Assembly (NCBI RefSeq): GCF_004010195.1
Contig: NC_057728.1
Location: forward strand, 41,706,844 to 41,770,843
Length of the DNA: 64,000 bases
Reading direction: 5' to 3'
DNA from: Chiloscyllium plagiosum
Lineage: Eukaryota
Shown: positions 24,601 to 37,800 of the stretch, piece by piece
Layout: every line of letters starts with the position of its first letter
Position numbering within the stretch: the stretch's first letter is position 1
Program-made: the position numbers and the translations under genes
Notes under the pieces: generated by a model
What the model saw: the letters and a program-made list of their open reading frames with translations, nothing else
Databases searched by the model: none
Told to the model about the DNA's origin: nothing

Positions 24601-27600
24601 CCAGGGATGAGGGGCACTGTTTTTTTTAAAGTTGCAAGTGTGCCTGCTTTTATTTCCGTCAATGGTAGTCTGAAGCATTTTGTTTTTATCTGATGAAGAA
24701 ACAACCCGAGGGATGAACAAAAGAAACCACACACGGATTTACACAAAGCACAATGGGACCATCTACAAACATTACCCGAGAGCCAAGGAGGAGCCAACGT
24801 GTTCGAGAAAATTGTCGCTCAGATGGAACTTCTAACCCTGAACTTTTTGTTTGCATTGTCAACTAACTTATTTGTTCGTAAACAAACCCATACTGAACGT
24901 TCCCCCCCCCCCCATTCTCCTTCTTCCTTGCTTCAATTTCTTATATTTCCTCATCGTAATGGAGTGATTTATATACATGCACGTTTTCATTAATCCATTT
25001 TTAATTTTTTAAAGTTACCCAGCAACTACCGTGCTCGATTAAGATTGCCCGTTTCAAATTGACATTGTTATTCATTTTTCATTTCGCCAATGGATGGTGT
25101 GAATTTTAATAACAGTACGGAAAATGCAACTTTGGACTTCTTTTTCAAAACGAAAACATTGATGTCTGATGGCGATGTGTTTTTATGGCCATAATCATTT
25201 CGAAATTGAATTAAAATTAATAATCGTAATTAGTAACCCCCTCCTTTGCAGAACTTTGTGCATGTTAAAACCATCAACAACCAATAAATATACCATTCTT
25301 TCAATACGGCTCGGCTTCCTTTGCAAAAAAAAACCTCCACGTGGTATGTTTTTAAAATCATAATGTATTGCTACAAAGACATTTTTTCAGAGTCCCTGGA
25401 GAGAAGGCCGTGGACAAAAACCTTAGTATGTCTAATAATGCTCTTGTTGTTTTGAGAGTTCCCGTTTCTTAAAGATCTTTTCGGGACTCAGGAGAAAGGG
25501 AAGGAAAAATGCTCCAGTAGCGATTTTTTTTTGTAATTGTGAAATTGGCTTGAAAAATTCGCCAAATGAATTGTTCACCTTTAATATGCTCAAAGATTGC
25601 CTGTAATTAGACATGTAACCGGACTGCTTTTCAGTTTATTTTGCAAAGATCCTTTTTTAATATCAATACCTATATCAATCAATCTATAGATAGCTTTTCC
25701 TGTAGGTACAGTTTATTGTGCATGCACACGTATCTTCTTGTGCTGCAATTGCTGCCCTTTATAATTAACCATAGTAGTAGGGTCAGTTCCATTTAAGTGA
25801 ATATTTATGTTAACTGAATAGAAATTGGGGAAGCTCGTTTTCTGCCTAAGTCTGTTTTCTTAAAAAAAGTTAAATGAATTCCTTTATTTCAAACAGAGTT
25901 TGCATTGTGAGTATTCTGAAAGTAAGAAAAATAAAACAAAACGGTGTAAATGTTTCCTATTTTATAAACCTATTGCTGTCAAACATGGAGGAAAATTATT
26001 GCATTTGAACATGGATTTTAATGTGGGTTTCTGCTGTGTAAATAAATTGCCCCGTGCAAATCGAATTCATAGACTTGTTCTCTATCCCCTGTATACTTTG
26101 CAGCCTCATACTTGAATTTGTTGTCAATTTCCATGTAACTCAAAGTTACATTACTGGTGTAAGTGAGGGAAACACATTTCTTAATTTGATTGGAGTGCAG
26201 CTCCCTTTGGCTGGTGGTTTCTAGGGTATAATATAAATGATTTGAACAGGTACATTACAATGGCAGAAATACTAATAAAAGATTGGCGAAACTAATAACT
26301 AGCAATCCCCAGTCATACTCTAACTTGACAAAATTATAGTGATTGACTGGTAACTTGATATGATCCGGTAAAAGCATTGAATTAGGATAGACACGCATGT
26401 GAATGCAGCATCATTTCCAGTTTGCTCAAATTGACAGTGAATGAATGTGATTTTGTATTGCAAATGTGGGTAAAGGAATAACCTGTGAGTGAGCGCTGAG
26501 TGTTACAAAGTTTCCTGTAGCAACTCAGCTAGTTACCCTTAATTCCACAACTCTTGTTCAACTCGCGATTAGACAACAAATAGATAACCCATTTATATTT
26601 CTCTGCCATAACTCCAAGAAGTCCTAGTAACTCTGCTCAGTTCCTAATGGCTGCAATTCCAATCACCCATCTCAGCTGCTGGCTCAGGTTGAACTTAATG
26701 GGATACAATACCAGAGACCTCTGTAATCCAGTGCACATATTTAAATCCCACATCTTACCTTACATCTAGAAGGTCTATTTCTGGCTTAGCAATACCACAT
26801 GCTTTTGACTGTCCTTACACCTTTCCCAATTGGAATTCTCATCAATCCCATCATTACCTCTAGATTCGATTTCTTTGTTTTCTCCAGCTCCATCACACAT
26901 CACTTTCTCCAAGATTATGTTGTTTTCATTCATGCTGTGCCCGGATCTTTCATCATTACTATTCCCAACACTTTAGAACTTTATCCTGATTTGCAATCTC
27001 ATTCATAATCATTTTGTCTCATGCTGTGTGTTTCAGGCTACAGCATTTGGTTTTCTGAAACTGGCCTACAAGTATACCTTTTTCTTCTGCTTCATTGTGA
27101 TCTTTTTGGTATTGCGCTGTTAAATGTGTTTCTCAAATGAAATGTTTTGCTCCATCTCTCCTAAATTTGCAAACCCTGTAAAATTTGATCTCATGGTTAT
27201 ATCTTTGCATAATTGTTCTGTGCACCCATGTTTGGATTGTGTTCTCTCCCCCACCTTGACACCATTAAGCACTATTGAATTGAACGTGCTGTAAAAGTGC
27301 AAATTGCATTTATGTTTCCTTTAAATAGCTGGGCTAGCGTTAATGTAAACCTCAGATATTTGAATGTAAGGCACTTTATGTTGTCTAATTATTTTGCTGC
27401 TGTCTGCAAAGAACTATTTTGTGCATCACTTGTTTGTGCTGACAAATACAGAGAATCAGCTGCTGCATCAACAGACATGAGAATGACCATGTACCCATAT
27501 TTATTTTCTTGAATCTGAGCATTTTAATTATCAAAATAATAACATTGTTTGCATGGTCATCACTCTGCAACATAATATAGACACACATCTTTAGATTTTT

Positions 27601-28306
27601 ATAGTAGCTGTTGAAGAATATTATTCAGTGCTTGCCAGTCACCACATTTTGTTAGTGGTAGGCACATGGAAAAAATATTCTATTGAAGAATATCTGTAGT
27701 TACACTATTACAATTTGAACATTGAATAGCTGTGTGAACCCAAAATAGGACAGTTTACACTGCATATTTCTGGAGAGGCATAGATATTACCATTGTTAAA
27801 TTCGTACTATGAAGCTGATAATATAAAACATTGCAGAATCAAGATGAAAATGGTTGTGTTTATTTGTAAGTGCACATCAGCCAATACGACAGATTAAAAT
27901 GGTTCAATCAAATGGAATTTTCACACTCTTTCATATTATTGAAAACAAATTGGATACTTTTGGGTTTATTTGTAGAGCTTTCTATTTTATATATCGAAAC
28001 ATTTCTTAAGCATTTTTGATAATTATTTCTGGCCTTTTGAAACAAGGTAAAAAGTGATAAGGAGGAGAAAGCAATAAGATAAAACAATTATGTTACTCTT
28101 TTTTAAGTGAGAAAAAATATGAAACTCCAATTACTTAATCCTCTCCTACAGTTGGTTTTGGTTTATTAAACAATTTTAAAGCCTTTTCCTTATATATCTT
28201 ATGCATTGCAACTTTCTATTTTCTCCCTGTGGTCATCGCAAGTGACTATACTTCAGAAAAGATTGATGAGACCACAGATTTTAGTTCACAACTAAAGAGA
28301 CCAATA

Positions 28307-28525
28307 GAGATCATTCTGCTATAATGCGCGTTCTGTTAACACAAATTCACTATAACACAATTGATGAATTGAGGACACTGTTTCCAAAGCGCCAAGCTTT
28401 AAAGTGTGTATTGGTTATAATGTGATTCCGGCCCCATTAGTTTAAATGGTGCTGCTGTTACATGATTTTCTTATAGCATGGAATTGAACAAGAATGCAAC
28501 GACCGCATTATAGCAGAACTGACTG
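28307..28525. mobile_element. Tc1/mariner-superfamily (Tigger/pogo-like) MITE
   Basis: Perfect 15-bp inverted match ttctgctataatgcg (28314-28328) / cgcattatagcagaa (28504-28518); right end ...ctgactg|ta; TA at both flanks. Confidence 0.7.
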
Positions 28526-28785
28526 TATGTAAATTGCAAAACGTCAGTGTCATAGAAACTTGTCAGAGACTGAATGCAAGTTTGCTCACCAAGTAATACA
28601 ATTATCTAAGCTGTGAAAATCTAACTATCCAGTTTGAACGGTTGCATAGTTCACAATGTATAAACATTGTTACACCAATTATGAAGCTAAAAACATGATA
28701 AATAAATAACCTGTGTAAGCACTTAATTTTAGATAACAAAAAGCTCAGCAATAAAAGCCTGCGATTTCTAAATTGACTAAGTTTA

Positions 28786-29000
28786 GAAAGTGAGGACTGC
28801 AGATGCTGGAGATCAGAGCTGAAAAATATGTTGCTGGAAAAGCGCAGCAGGTCAGGCAGCATCAAAGGAGCAGGAGAATCAATGTTTCGGGCATAAGCCC
28901 ATCTTCTTTCCTGAAGAAGGGCTTATGCCTGAAACATCGATTATCCTGCTCCTTTGATGCTGCCTGACCTGCTGCGCTTTTCCAGCAACACATTTTTCAG
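28786..29000. mobile_element. Fold-back Penelope-like pLTR insertion with hammerhead core
   Basis: Arms ctgaaaaatatgttgctggaaaagcgcagcagg.. / ..cctgctgcgcttttccagcaacacatttttcag; ctgaagaagggcttatgcctgaaacatc at 28911; one-sided tail gaaagtgaggactgcagatgctggagatc. Confidence 0.85.
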
Positions 29001-29520
29001 TTTTAAAGTTTAGGAACAGTAATTGATTCTTAGGGTTCCACAGCAAAGTACACTAAATCGAGAGTTGAAGTTTTTGCTTAGAAATATGGCAGTATCCTTT
29101 CGGATAGATTATTTTCAGGGAATTCAATTTTTCAATCTCATAAAAAAGATGAGAAAATAATTATTTTGCCTCCCTTAATGTTAAGTTCTACTTTTCATTA
29201 GTTCGTGGCAAGAGTGAATGAACTGGTAATTTTCATTTATGCTAATTTGGGATGTTAGACCAGGTATAATTTTCTGCCTCTTTAGCCTGTGGTGTCTTTG
29301 ATTGCAACTGATCATTCTAAATTTACAACTGTTTATTATATTCAATACCTTAGGAAATGTGTTTTGTAAAAGCACTATAATGGGAGAATATAGTTTACAA
29401 CTATATTGGTGCTACCTTTTGTAGCTTTGAATATATAGTGATAAGACCTATCTTTTCAACAGTGTTTCTGAATTAGAAAGCATTTATTAAATAATTTATG
29501 ATAGGAATGATTAAGTTAGT

Positions 29521-29802
29521 GGGCAGCACGGTTGCTCAGGAGTTAGCACTGCTGCCTCACAGCACCAGGGACCCAGGTTCGATTCCAGCCTTGGGCGACT
29601 GTCTGTGTGGAGTTTGCACGTTTTCCCCATGTCTGCGTGGGTTTCCTCCGGATGCTCTGGTTTCCTCCCACAGTCCAAAGATGTGCAGGTCAGGTGAATT
29701 GGCCATGCTAAATTGCCCATAGTGTTAAGTGCATTAGTCAGAGGGAAATGGGTCTGGGTGGGTTACTCTTCGGAGTGTCGGTGTACTGTTGGGAATCTAA
29801 TC
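29521..29802 (+). mobile_element. tRNA-derived V-SINE (HE1-like)
   Basis: gggcagcacggttgctcag..ttagcactgctgcctcacagc..ggttcgattcc head, V-domain, aatctaatct tail. Confidence 0.9.
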
Positions 29803-30504
29803 TTATTCTCTACAACTGAGTTATCAGGCTTAATCCAATCCAATGTCTATTAGATTGAAACAGCATATCTGGATGCTGGGGAGAGGGTGGGGTTGCAGTG
29901 GGTAGTGATTACATAACTTGTGGAAATTCCTATTTCTGGCAGCGACAGGGATCTGAGAATATCTTTTCTGTCAAACACAAATAAATTAAAGACATGAATT
30001 AATGATTAATCAAGAAAACATCTTTATTAACTAGTGAAATTCTAGCAGCTTTTATGCTTTAAATGCTTTGAAGAAATAGTAAAAACAACTTATTGTCACC
30101 TTTTGATAACACTTCAAAACAGATATTCAAAGATAAAGTATCTTAGCAAATGTTCTCAGAATACATGGCCTGATGTAAACAATTGAAAACGTTGCAGAAT
30201 CTGTTCTTGTGAACAGAATCCAATAGCTTTACACTGAAACTTCCCTGCAAATGGCAAGTCATTTTAGGTGCACAATTGCACAAAAATGTTAGGTTCTAAA
30301 GTCAATTAGTGTCAAGACCTCTGCTGGGAACTCGCTCATAAATACAACAAGGTGAAATAGTTAGCATTTCATGGACAATTAAAAAATTTTATATAGGATG
30401 TACGACAACAAGCCAATCATACACATTACTGCATCCATCAATCTCGATTATACATATTTCTGTGGTATATTCTTCAATAATCTGCTGTGGGGAAAAAACT
30501 AGAA

Positions 30505-30641
30505 TAAAAGGAAAGTGTTGTGATGCTGGAGACCTGAAATAAAAAGTCAGAAAGTGCTGGAGAAACTCAGTAAGTTTGGCAGCATCTGTGGTAAGAGAAA
30601 CAAAGTTAAAGTTTTATGTCTGAAATGACCTCTTCAGAACT
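30505..30641 (-). mobile_element. Solo Penelope-like pLTR fragment
   Basis: Reverse strand agttctgaagaggtcatttcagacataaaactttaact...cagatgctgccaaacttactgagtttctccagcact. Confidence 0.65.
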
Positions 30642-31149
30642 ATGTTTTATATATGTATATGTTTTATAGATACATATGTGCAATATAAATGTGTCTGACT
30701 CTGTACCTAAAATGAGTGAAAATGTCTTCATTAAGGCTATTGTGCATCTTTAGAATTGGATGTGCAGTGTTTGAGTATATTGAGCTTTTGGATATATTCA
30801 GGGCTAAAATCGCGAGATTATAGGGACATGAATGGATTAAACAGGAAAGTGAAATTGAGGTCAAGGTTCAATTTGGCTTGAGAGGCCATTTACCCAACTA
30901 CTATTCCACTATCGTATGTAATTATAAGGATTTGAACTAATAAAGGAAAGAGAAACAGTTGACAGTGATTAGGGTTCAAACTGGAAGTGAAGGAATATTA
31001 AGTGGTGATGATAATGAAAAAGTAAAGAAATAGTGGAGACGTTAGGACCAAAGTTTGAAGGAAAGCTTGAGTGATGGGAAAGGTGATGAGGTGGAGCAAC
31101 AAAGGCCTCCAGGTCACAGGATCCGGATGCACAACTTATCCCTGACGAT

Positions 31150-32020
31150 CCATATTTAGCTTCTACTGCTTGCAATTATGCACCGACCTGGAATGCAAAA
31201 GGGGAAATGTGTCAGTAAATGTGTATGTTTCACATGGATGTGGTCCAGTGCTTTTTGCCATTCTGCTAATCCACAGTGCTGTAAGGAAGGGGCTTCAGGA
31301 GTTTGACTCAACAGCTGTGAAGAACAGCGATATAATCCCAAATCAGGAATATGTGTGGCTTGGAGGTCAACTTGTACATGGTGATGTTCCCATTCTCGGC
31401 TGCCCCGTCCATCAAATGGTAAGCAGTAGGTTTGGAAAGTGATGACGAGGGGGCCTTGGTAGGTTATTGCGGTGCATCCTTGTAGATGACACACCATACT
31501 AATACTGTGGATCAGGAACAGGTGTCTAGACAATGCTGGTGACTGAATTCAGGTCTTAACAGAGGAACTCTTTGGAGACTGCTGTGCTCAGGTTCGGGGA
31601 CTATGTCATTGAGCTCAGGTCAGTGGTTGAAGTTGGAGCTGGGATTCTGGGTCAGAAGCAGCACGAGGGCCCATGATCGTCCCCGTTCTTGGTCAATAGT
31701 TGAGGGAGTTAATGTTGGAGGTGTAATACAGGATGCCAGTCAAACAGGCTGGTTTGCTCTGGGTGACATCCAGCATCTTGAATTTTCCAAGAGCTGCAAT
31801 CATTCAGGCAAGTGGAGAGTGTTCCATGACACTTCTGACCTGTGCCTTGTGGATGCTGGACAGGCTTTGGGGAGTTATGAGGTAGGTTGCTCACCTCAAT
31901 TTTCCAGCTTCTGACCTTTTTCAGTCACAGTATTTATATGGTTTGTCCAGTTCAGTTTCTGGTCAACGGTAACCCTCGAGGATGTTGCTAATTGGGAATT
32001 GAGAGCTGGTAATACCATGC
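31150..32020 (-). mobile_element. Old non-LTR retrotransposon remnant, same family as 3180-4400
   Basis: Reverse complement shares ordered blocks with 3750-4370 (ggaacatcaccat, cctgacttgg, tcaacaccatccagga-like). Confidence 0.5.
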
Positions 32021-32043
32021 ATTTGAGTAATTGTGATTTTATT

Positions 32044-32560
32044 TTGAGAAGATTTGTAGCTCAGGTTGAGGTTCAGGTTGTAAGTTTGCTCGCTGAACTG
32101 AAAGGTTTGTTTTCAGATATTTCATCACCATGCTAGGCAATATCATCAGTGAGCCTCCGGTGAAGCGCTGGTGTTCTGTCCCACTTTCTATTTATGTGTC
32201 TTGGTCTGTTACGGTGGGTGATTGTTTGTTATTGTCCTTGCACAGTATTTTGTAAATTACATTCATTTTGCTGGTTATTGGTATCAGGTCCTTTAGGTTC
32301 ATCAGTAGCTGTTTCAGTGTGTTGGTAGGTTTGTGGGCTACCATAATGCCAAGGGGTCGGAGGAGTCTGGTAGTTATCGCTGAGATGTTTTTGATGTATG
32401 ATAGTGTGGTTAGCGTTTCTGGGTGTGTTTTGTCTACTTGTTTGGCCTTGTTGTTTAAGAATTGGCAGACTGTGTTTATTGGGTACCCGTTCTCCTTGAA
32501 TACGCTGTGTAAGTATTTTTCTTCTGCTGCTCATAGTTCCTGGGTGCTTCAGTGTGTTGT
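32044..32560 (-). mobile_element. Penelope-like element remnant (Penelope/Poseidon-type) with internal deletion and pLTR
   Basis: A minus frame not in the ORF track reads EEKYLHSVFKENGYP...TLSYIKNIS..TRLLRPLGIMVAHKPTNTLKQLLMNLKD...NVIYKILCKD (NGYP, LPYI-like and GIY-like motifs), then jumps into a pLTR with a hammerhead. Confidence 0.82.
32113..32152 (-). ncRNA. Minimal type-I hammerhead ribozyme motif (partly decayed) in PLE pLTR
   Basis: tca-CTGATGA-tattgcc tagcat ggtgat-GAAA-TA-TC-tga; helix I tca/tga; palindromic helix III ATAT. Confidence 0.65.
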
Positions 32561-33009
32561 GGTAATTTGACAATTTAAATAATATCCTGATGCAACTCCG
32601 TTTGTGAGTGTTGGGATGATTGCTTCTGTAGCTTGAGTAATCTATCTATGAATATCTATGAATATCTAGCTAGTGAATAACTAGCAACAAGCTGTGAGAT
32701 ATGACTGTGAGATTTGTGGTAGTGGCAAGTGTGTGAGGGTGAGGTGTAGCAATGAATGATAGGCTTGAGTTGTGTTTGATAGAGATTGTTGGCAAGTGTG
32801 TGATGGGACTGTGGTGAATTCAGCAGTGGGTAATGTTAGTGTTGAAGTAGGTAACACATAACATTTGAAGATGCATTCACTGACCTTAATCACTTTCATA
32901 TGGTAAAAATAAAGGTTGTTGTGGCACTATGCCTTCCGAGGGTTTGCCTGATGGGGCTCTGGGTACTCAATGGCTAAATTACATTACTCTTCCTTTTCCA
33001 AAGAAGAGT

Positions 33010-33142
33010 CTTCTGAAGAATGGTCACTGGACTTGAAACATTAACTCTGTTCTCTCTACACGGATGCTGCCAGACCTGCTGAGTTTTACCAGTGATTTCT
33101 GTTTGCCACGTATCCAGCATTCGCAGTGCTATGCTTTATTTT
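33010..33142 (+). mobile_element. Solo Penelope-like pLTR fragment with hammerhead-like core
   Basis: ttctgaagaatggtcactggacttgaaacattaactct...gatgctgccagacctgctgag...tccagcattcgcagtgctatgc tail. Confidence 0.72.
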
Positions 33143-34025
33143 TGAAAAATCCTGAAACCTGCCCTCTGACATCTTGTAGAATTCTTGTGCTTTTCTCAAG
33201 TCAAACTTAGTTTTATAACAACTTGCACACCCTGCTCCAGCTGAAATGCACTGATGGTTTGCAACAAACATTTGAGTAAGCAGGCAGTACGAGTTTGTCG
33301 GGAAGCTACATCAACAGCAATGGATAGAGATTAATCCGAAATCACGATCCCTGCACTTGAGTTCTGCTTTGATGACATTAGGGGGCAAATTCCAAGCAGT
33401 CCCTTTTCAAGCCTTGCCTGAGAGAATAGAAAAACAGAGAGAACACTGGAAGATATCAGAGAAAAGCAGTAGATAATAAATAATTAGTAAAGAGCAACAA
33501 AAGAAAATAAGAGGACAGAATTCAAAAGAGAGTGGACTGAGTGTTATCACAATGCAAGAAAAATCACATTCTCTCAGAGTTGGCATGTTTGATGCCACAT
33601 AGGATCTAGTGAACATTTATATAATAGTATGATGCATATTATATGGATGTACACTGAAAATCATATCTCACATTTGGAATGCTGCTTTTGAATTCAGAAC
33701 TTCCCAGTATCTTGTATGGGTGATTAAATATAAATTGATCAAAATTGAAATTATGCTTTGGTAACAATTGTTAAAAAATATTTCTGGATTAAACCTTGTT
33801 TGAAACACATCAGTGTATGTAAACTCAACCTCTCTTCCAGTTTAGCAGAAGAAAAAACAGTTAAATACATCAAGGCGACAGAAGGTCCTTGGTATTCGAT
33901 GGAACTTTCACTGAATACATTTTTTCCCCCTTTGTACAGTGTTAAAATCTCTATCAAGATTGGGAAGTAATCTAAAATCTTACTTATTTACTGAAAGAAA
34001 TATGCCACAATCTAAAACAAGAGAA

Positions 34026-34268
34026 CTGAAAGAACTGAGGATGCTGTAAATCAGAAACAAAAACAGAAGTTGCTGGAAAAGCTCAAAAAGCATGGCAGCA
34101 ACTGTGAAGAGAAATAAGAGTTAACATTTCAGATCCGGTGACCCTTCCTCAGGACAACAATTTCCTCAGTTCTGAAGAAGGGTCACCGGACCTAAAACGC
34201 TAACTCTGATTTCTCTGCACACATGCTGCCAGACCTGCTGAGCTTTTCCAGCAACTTCTGTTTTTGTT
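34026..34268. mobile_element. Fold-back Penelope-like pLTR insertion
   Basis: Arms agaaacaaaaacagaagttgctggaaaagctca.. / ..tgagcttttccagcaacttctgtttttgtttct; core agttctgaagaagggtcaccggacctaaaac; TSD tctaaaacaa(g/a)agaa at 34011-34025 and 34269-34283. Confidence 0.85.
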
Positions 34269-34565
34269 TCTAAAACAAAAGAAGTCTTACTGTACCAGAG
34301 TCAAACTAAGCAACTACTAAGTATTTATTTTAGGTAACCACCTATATTCTAAAATCCAAAATTAATATCTTTTTTCAATCATTTATGGAATATGGGGAGA
34401 ACTGGCACTATTTCCTGTTGGAAAGGTAGTACTAAGCTGTCTTCTTGAACAGCTAAAAGCCATCTGCTGTAATCCAACAGTGCTTGGAGGGAGCTCTAGG
34501 ATTTTGACCCAATGTTAGTGAAGGAGCAGCAGATTAATTCGAAGCCAGTTTGGTCTGAGGCAAGC

Positions 34566-34820
34566 TGAAAGGAAAGGCTGATAAGTGTGGGGAATGCTGG
34601 ATGATGAGAGAAATTGAGCGTTTGGTTATGAAAAAGAAGGAAACATATGTCAGGTATAGACAGGAGAGACCAAGTGAATCCTTAGAAGAGTATAAAGGCA
34701 GCAGGAGTATACTTAAGAGGGAAATCAGGAGAGCAAAAAGGAGACATGAGATAGCTTTGGCAAATAGAGTTAAGGAGAATCCAAAGGGTTTTTACAAAAA
34801 CATTAAGGACAAAAGGGCAA
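34566..34820 (+). mobile_element. CR1 ORF2 internal fragment (EN-RT linker)
   Basis: ORF 34601-34897 ..LKREIRRAKRRHEIALANRVKENPKGFYK..; near-duplicate of 35748-36000. Confidence 0.85.
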
Positions 34821-34824
34821 CATG

Positions 34825-37800
34825 TGCGGAAGACACAAAGCGGTTTCACGGGAATTTAATGTTGAGTGGGCATAAGATGGCAGATGGAAAACAATAAGGA
34901 TAAGTGAAAGTTAACTACTTTCTTAGGAGGAATGGAGTTGAGGGTATTTCATAAATTATGAGAGATTGGTAAGTGTTGATATCCAAAAGATCCTGGGTGT
35001 CCATGTTCCTAATTGACTGAAAGCTAGCATGAAAGTGCAGCAAGCAATTAAGAAGGCAAATCATATGTGAACCTTTATTGCAAGATGATTTGAGTACAGG
35101 AGTAATTGTATAGGAGTTTGCTGAAACCACACCTGCAGTATTATGCACAGTTACCAAAGGAAAAATATACTTGTTACAGAAGGAGAGCACTGGAGGTTCA
35201 CCAGAACAATTCCTAGGACTGTGGGACTGTCCAAAGTAAAGAACTTGTAAGGAGATCTCAGTATCTGTAAGAATAATAGGGCAGTTATGGTAGGGTATTT
35301 TAACTTTCCAAACATCGACTGGGACTGCCATAGTGTTAAAGGTTTAGATGGAGAGGAATTTCTTAAGTGTGTACAAGACAATTTCTTGATTCAGTATGTG
35401 GATATACCTACTAGAGAAGGTGCAAAACTTGACCTACTCTTGGNNNNNNNNNNNNNNNNNNNNNNNNNNNNNNNNNNNNNNNNNNNNNNNNNNNNNNNNN
35501 NNNNNNNNNNNNNNNNNNNNNNNNNNNNNNNNNNNNNNNNNNNNNNNNNNNNNNNNNNNNNNNNNNNNNNNNNNNNNNNNNNNNNNNNNNNNNNNNNNNN
35601 NNNNNNNNNNNNNNNNNNNNNNNNNNNNNNNNNNNNNNNNNNNNNNNNNNNNNNNNNNNNNNNNNNNNNNNNNNNNNNNNNGCTGGAAAGTGGGAAGCCT
35701 TCAGAAATGAGATAACGAGAATCCAGAGAAAGTATATTCCTGTTAGGGTGAAAGGGAAGGCTGGTAGGTATAGGGAATGCTGGATGACTAAAGAAATTGA
35801 GGGTTTGGTTAAGAAAAAGAAGGAAGCATATGTCAGGTATAGACAGGATAGATCGAGTGATAGATAGATAGAAGAGTATAAAGAAAGTAGGAGTATACTT
35901 AACAGGGAAATCAGGAGGGCAAAAAGGGGACATTAGCTTTGGCAAATAGAATTAAGGAGAATCCAAAGGGTTTTTACAAATACCTTAAGGACAAAAGAGT
36001 AACTAGGGAAAGAACAGGGCCCCTCAAAGATCAGCAAGGCGGCCTTTGTATGGAGCCACAGAAAACGGGGGAAATACTAAATGAGTATTTTGAATCAGTA
36101 TTTACTGTGGAAAAGGATATGGAAGATATAGACTGTAGGGAAATAGATGGTGACATCTTGCAAAATGTCCATATTACTGAGGAGGAAGTGCTGGATGTCT
36201 TGAAATGGTAAAGGTGGATAAATCCTCAGGACCTGATCAGGTGTACCCGAGAACTCTGTGGGAAGCTAGAAAAATGATGCTGGGCCTCTTGCTGAGATAT
36301 TTGTATCATTGATAGTCACAGGTGAGGTGCCGGAAGACTGGAGGTTGGCTAACGTGGTGCCACTGTTTAAGAAGGCTGGTAAGGACAAGCCAGGAAATTA
36401 TAGACCAGTGAGCCTGACCTCGGTGGTGGGCAAGTTGTTGGAGGAAATCCTGAGGGACAGGATGTACGTGTATTTGGAAAGGCAAGGACTGATTTGGGAT
36501 AGTCAACATGGCTTTGTGCGTGGGAAATCATGTCTCACTAACTTGATTGAGTTTTTTGAAGAAGTNNNNNNNNNNNNNNNNNNNNNNNNNNNNNNNNNNN
36601 NNNNNNNNNNNNNNNNNNNNNNNNNNNNNNNNNNNNNNNNNNNNNNNNNNNNNNNNNNNNNNNNNNNNNNNNNNNNNNNNNNNNNNNNNNNNNNNNNNNN
36701 NNNNNNNNNNNNNNNNNNNNNNNNNNNNNNNNNNNNNNNNNNNNNNNNNNNNNNNNNNNNNNNNNNNNNNNNNNNNNNNNNNNNNNNNNNNNNNNNNNNN
36801 NNNNNNNNNNNNNNNNNNNNNNNNNNNNNNNNNNNNNNNNNNNNNNNNNNNNNNNNNNNNNNNNNNNNNNNNNNNNNNNNNNNNNNNNNNNNNNNNNNNN
36901 NNNNNNNNNNNNNNNNNNNNNNNNNNNNNNNNNNNNNNNNNNNNNNNNNNNNNNTAGGGAGTGTTGCTGAACAAAGAGACCTTGGAGTGCAGGTTCATAG
37001 CTCCTTGAAAGTGGAGTCGCAGGTAGATAGGATAGTGAAGAAGGCGTTTGGTATGCTTTCCTTTATTGGTCAGCGTATTGAGTACAGGAGTTGGGAGGTC
37101 ATGTTGCGGCTGTACAGGACATTGGTTAGGCCACTGTTGGAATGTTGCATGAAATTCTGGTCACCTTCCTATCGGAAAGATGTTGTGAAACTTGAAAGGG
37201 TTCAGAAAAGGTTTACAAGGATGTTGCCAGGGTTGGAGGCTCTGAGCTACAGGGAGAGGCTGCACAGGCTGTTTTCCCTGGAGCATCGGAGGCTGAGAGG
37301 TGACCTTATGGAGGTTTATAAAATTATGAGGGTCATGGATAGGGTAAATAGGCAAAGTCTTTTCCCTGGGGTCAGGGAGTCCAGAACTAGAGGGCATAGG
37401 TTTAGGGTGAGAGGGGAAAGATATAAAAGAGACCTAAGGGGCAACTTTTTCACGCAGGGGTGGTATATGTATGGAACGAGCTGCCAGAGGATGTGGTGGA
37501 GGCTGGTACAATTACAACATTTAAGAGGCATATGAATGGGTATATAAATAGGAAGGGTTTGGAAGGATATGGGTCGGGTGCTGGCAGGTTGGACTAGATT
37601 GGGTTGGGATATCTGGTCAGCATGGACGGGTTGGACCGAAGGGTCTGTTTCCATGCTGTACATCTCTATGACTCTATTACTCTAAATTGAGGAAACTGTT
37701 TCTGTTTTCCTTTGAGGTTAGAAGAATGACAGGTGATGGCTTTGAAGCTTACAGAATTCTTAAGAGTTAGACAGAGTGGATGCTAAAGGTTGTTTCCCCT

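Larger units (their letters stand above)
20300..25400. promoter_or_regulatory. CpG-enriched promoter/5' region of HMGA2
   Basis: Many CG dinucleotides (gcgcg, cacgtg, acgcgt) versus CpG-depleted flanks; spans exon 1; no recognisable transposons; boundaries approximate. Confidence 0.7.

Noticed and set aside
28786..29000. Palindromes as DNA-transposon MITEs or conserved miRNA genes
   Set aside because: The arms match the 3' end of GIY-YIG-encoding PLEs, ends are asymmetric, and TSDs in sister copies are long and variable; no known miRNA recognised.
29521..29590. tRNA gene
   Set aside because: The tRNA-like head runs directly into the V-SINE core and recurs in several copies; it is a SINE head.
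36309..37535. 408-aa ORF as an intact gene or active LINE
   Set aside because: Its length depends on an N gap. The element is 5'-truncated and has stops and frameshifts upstream (e.g. ~36209).
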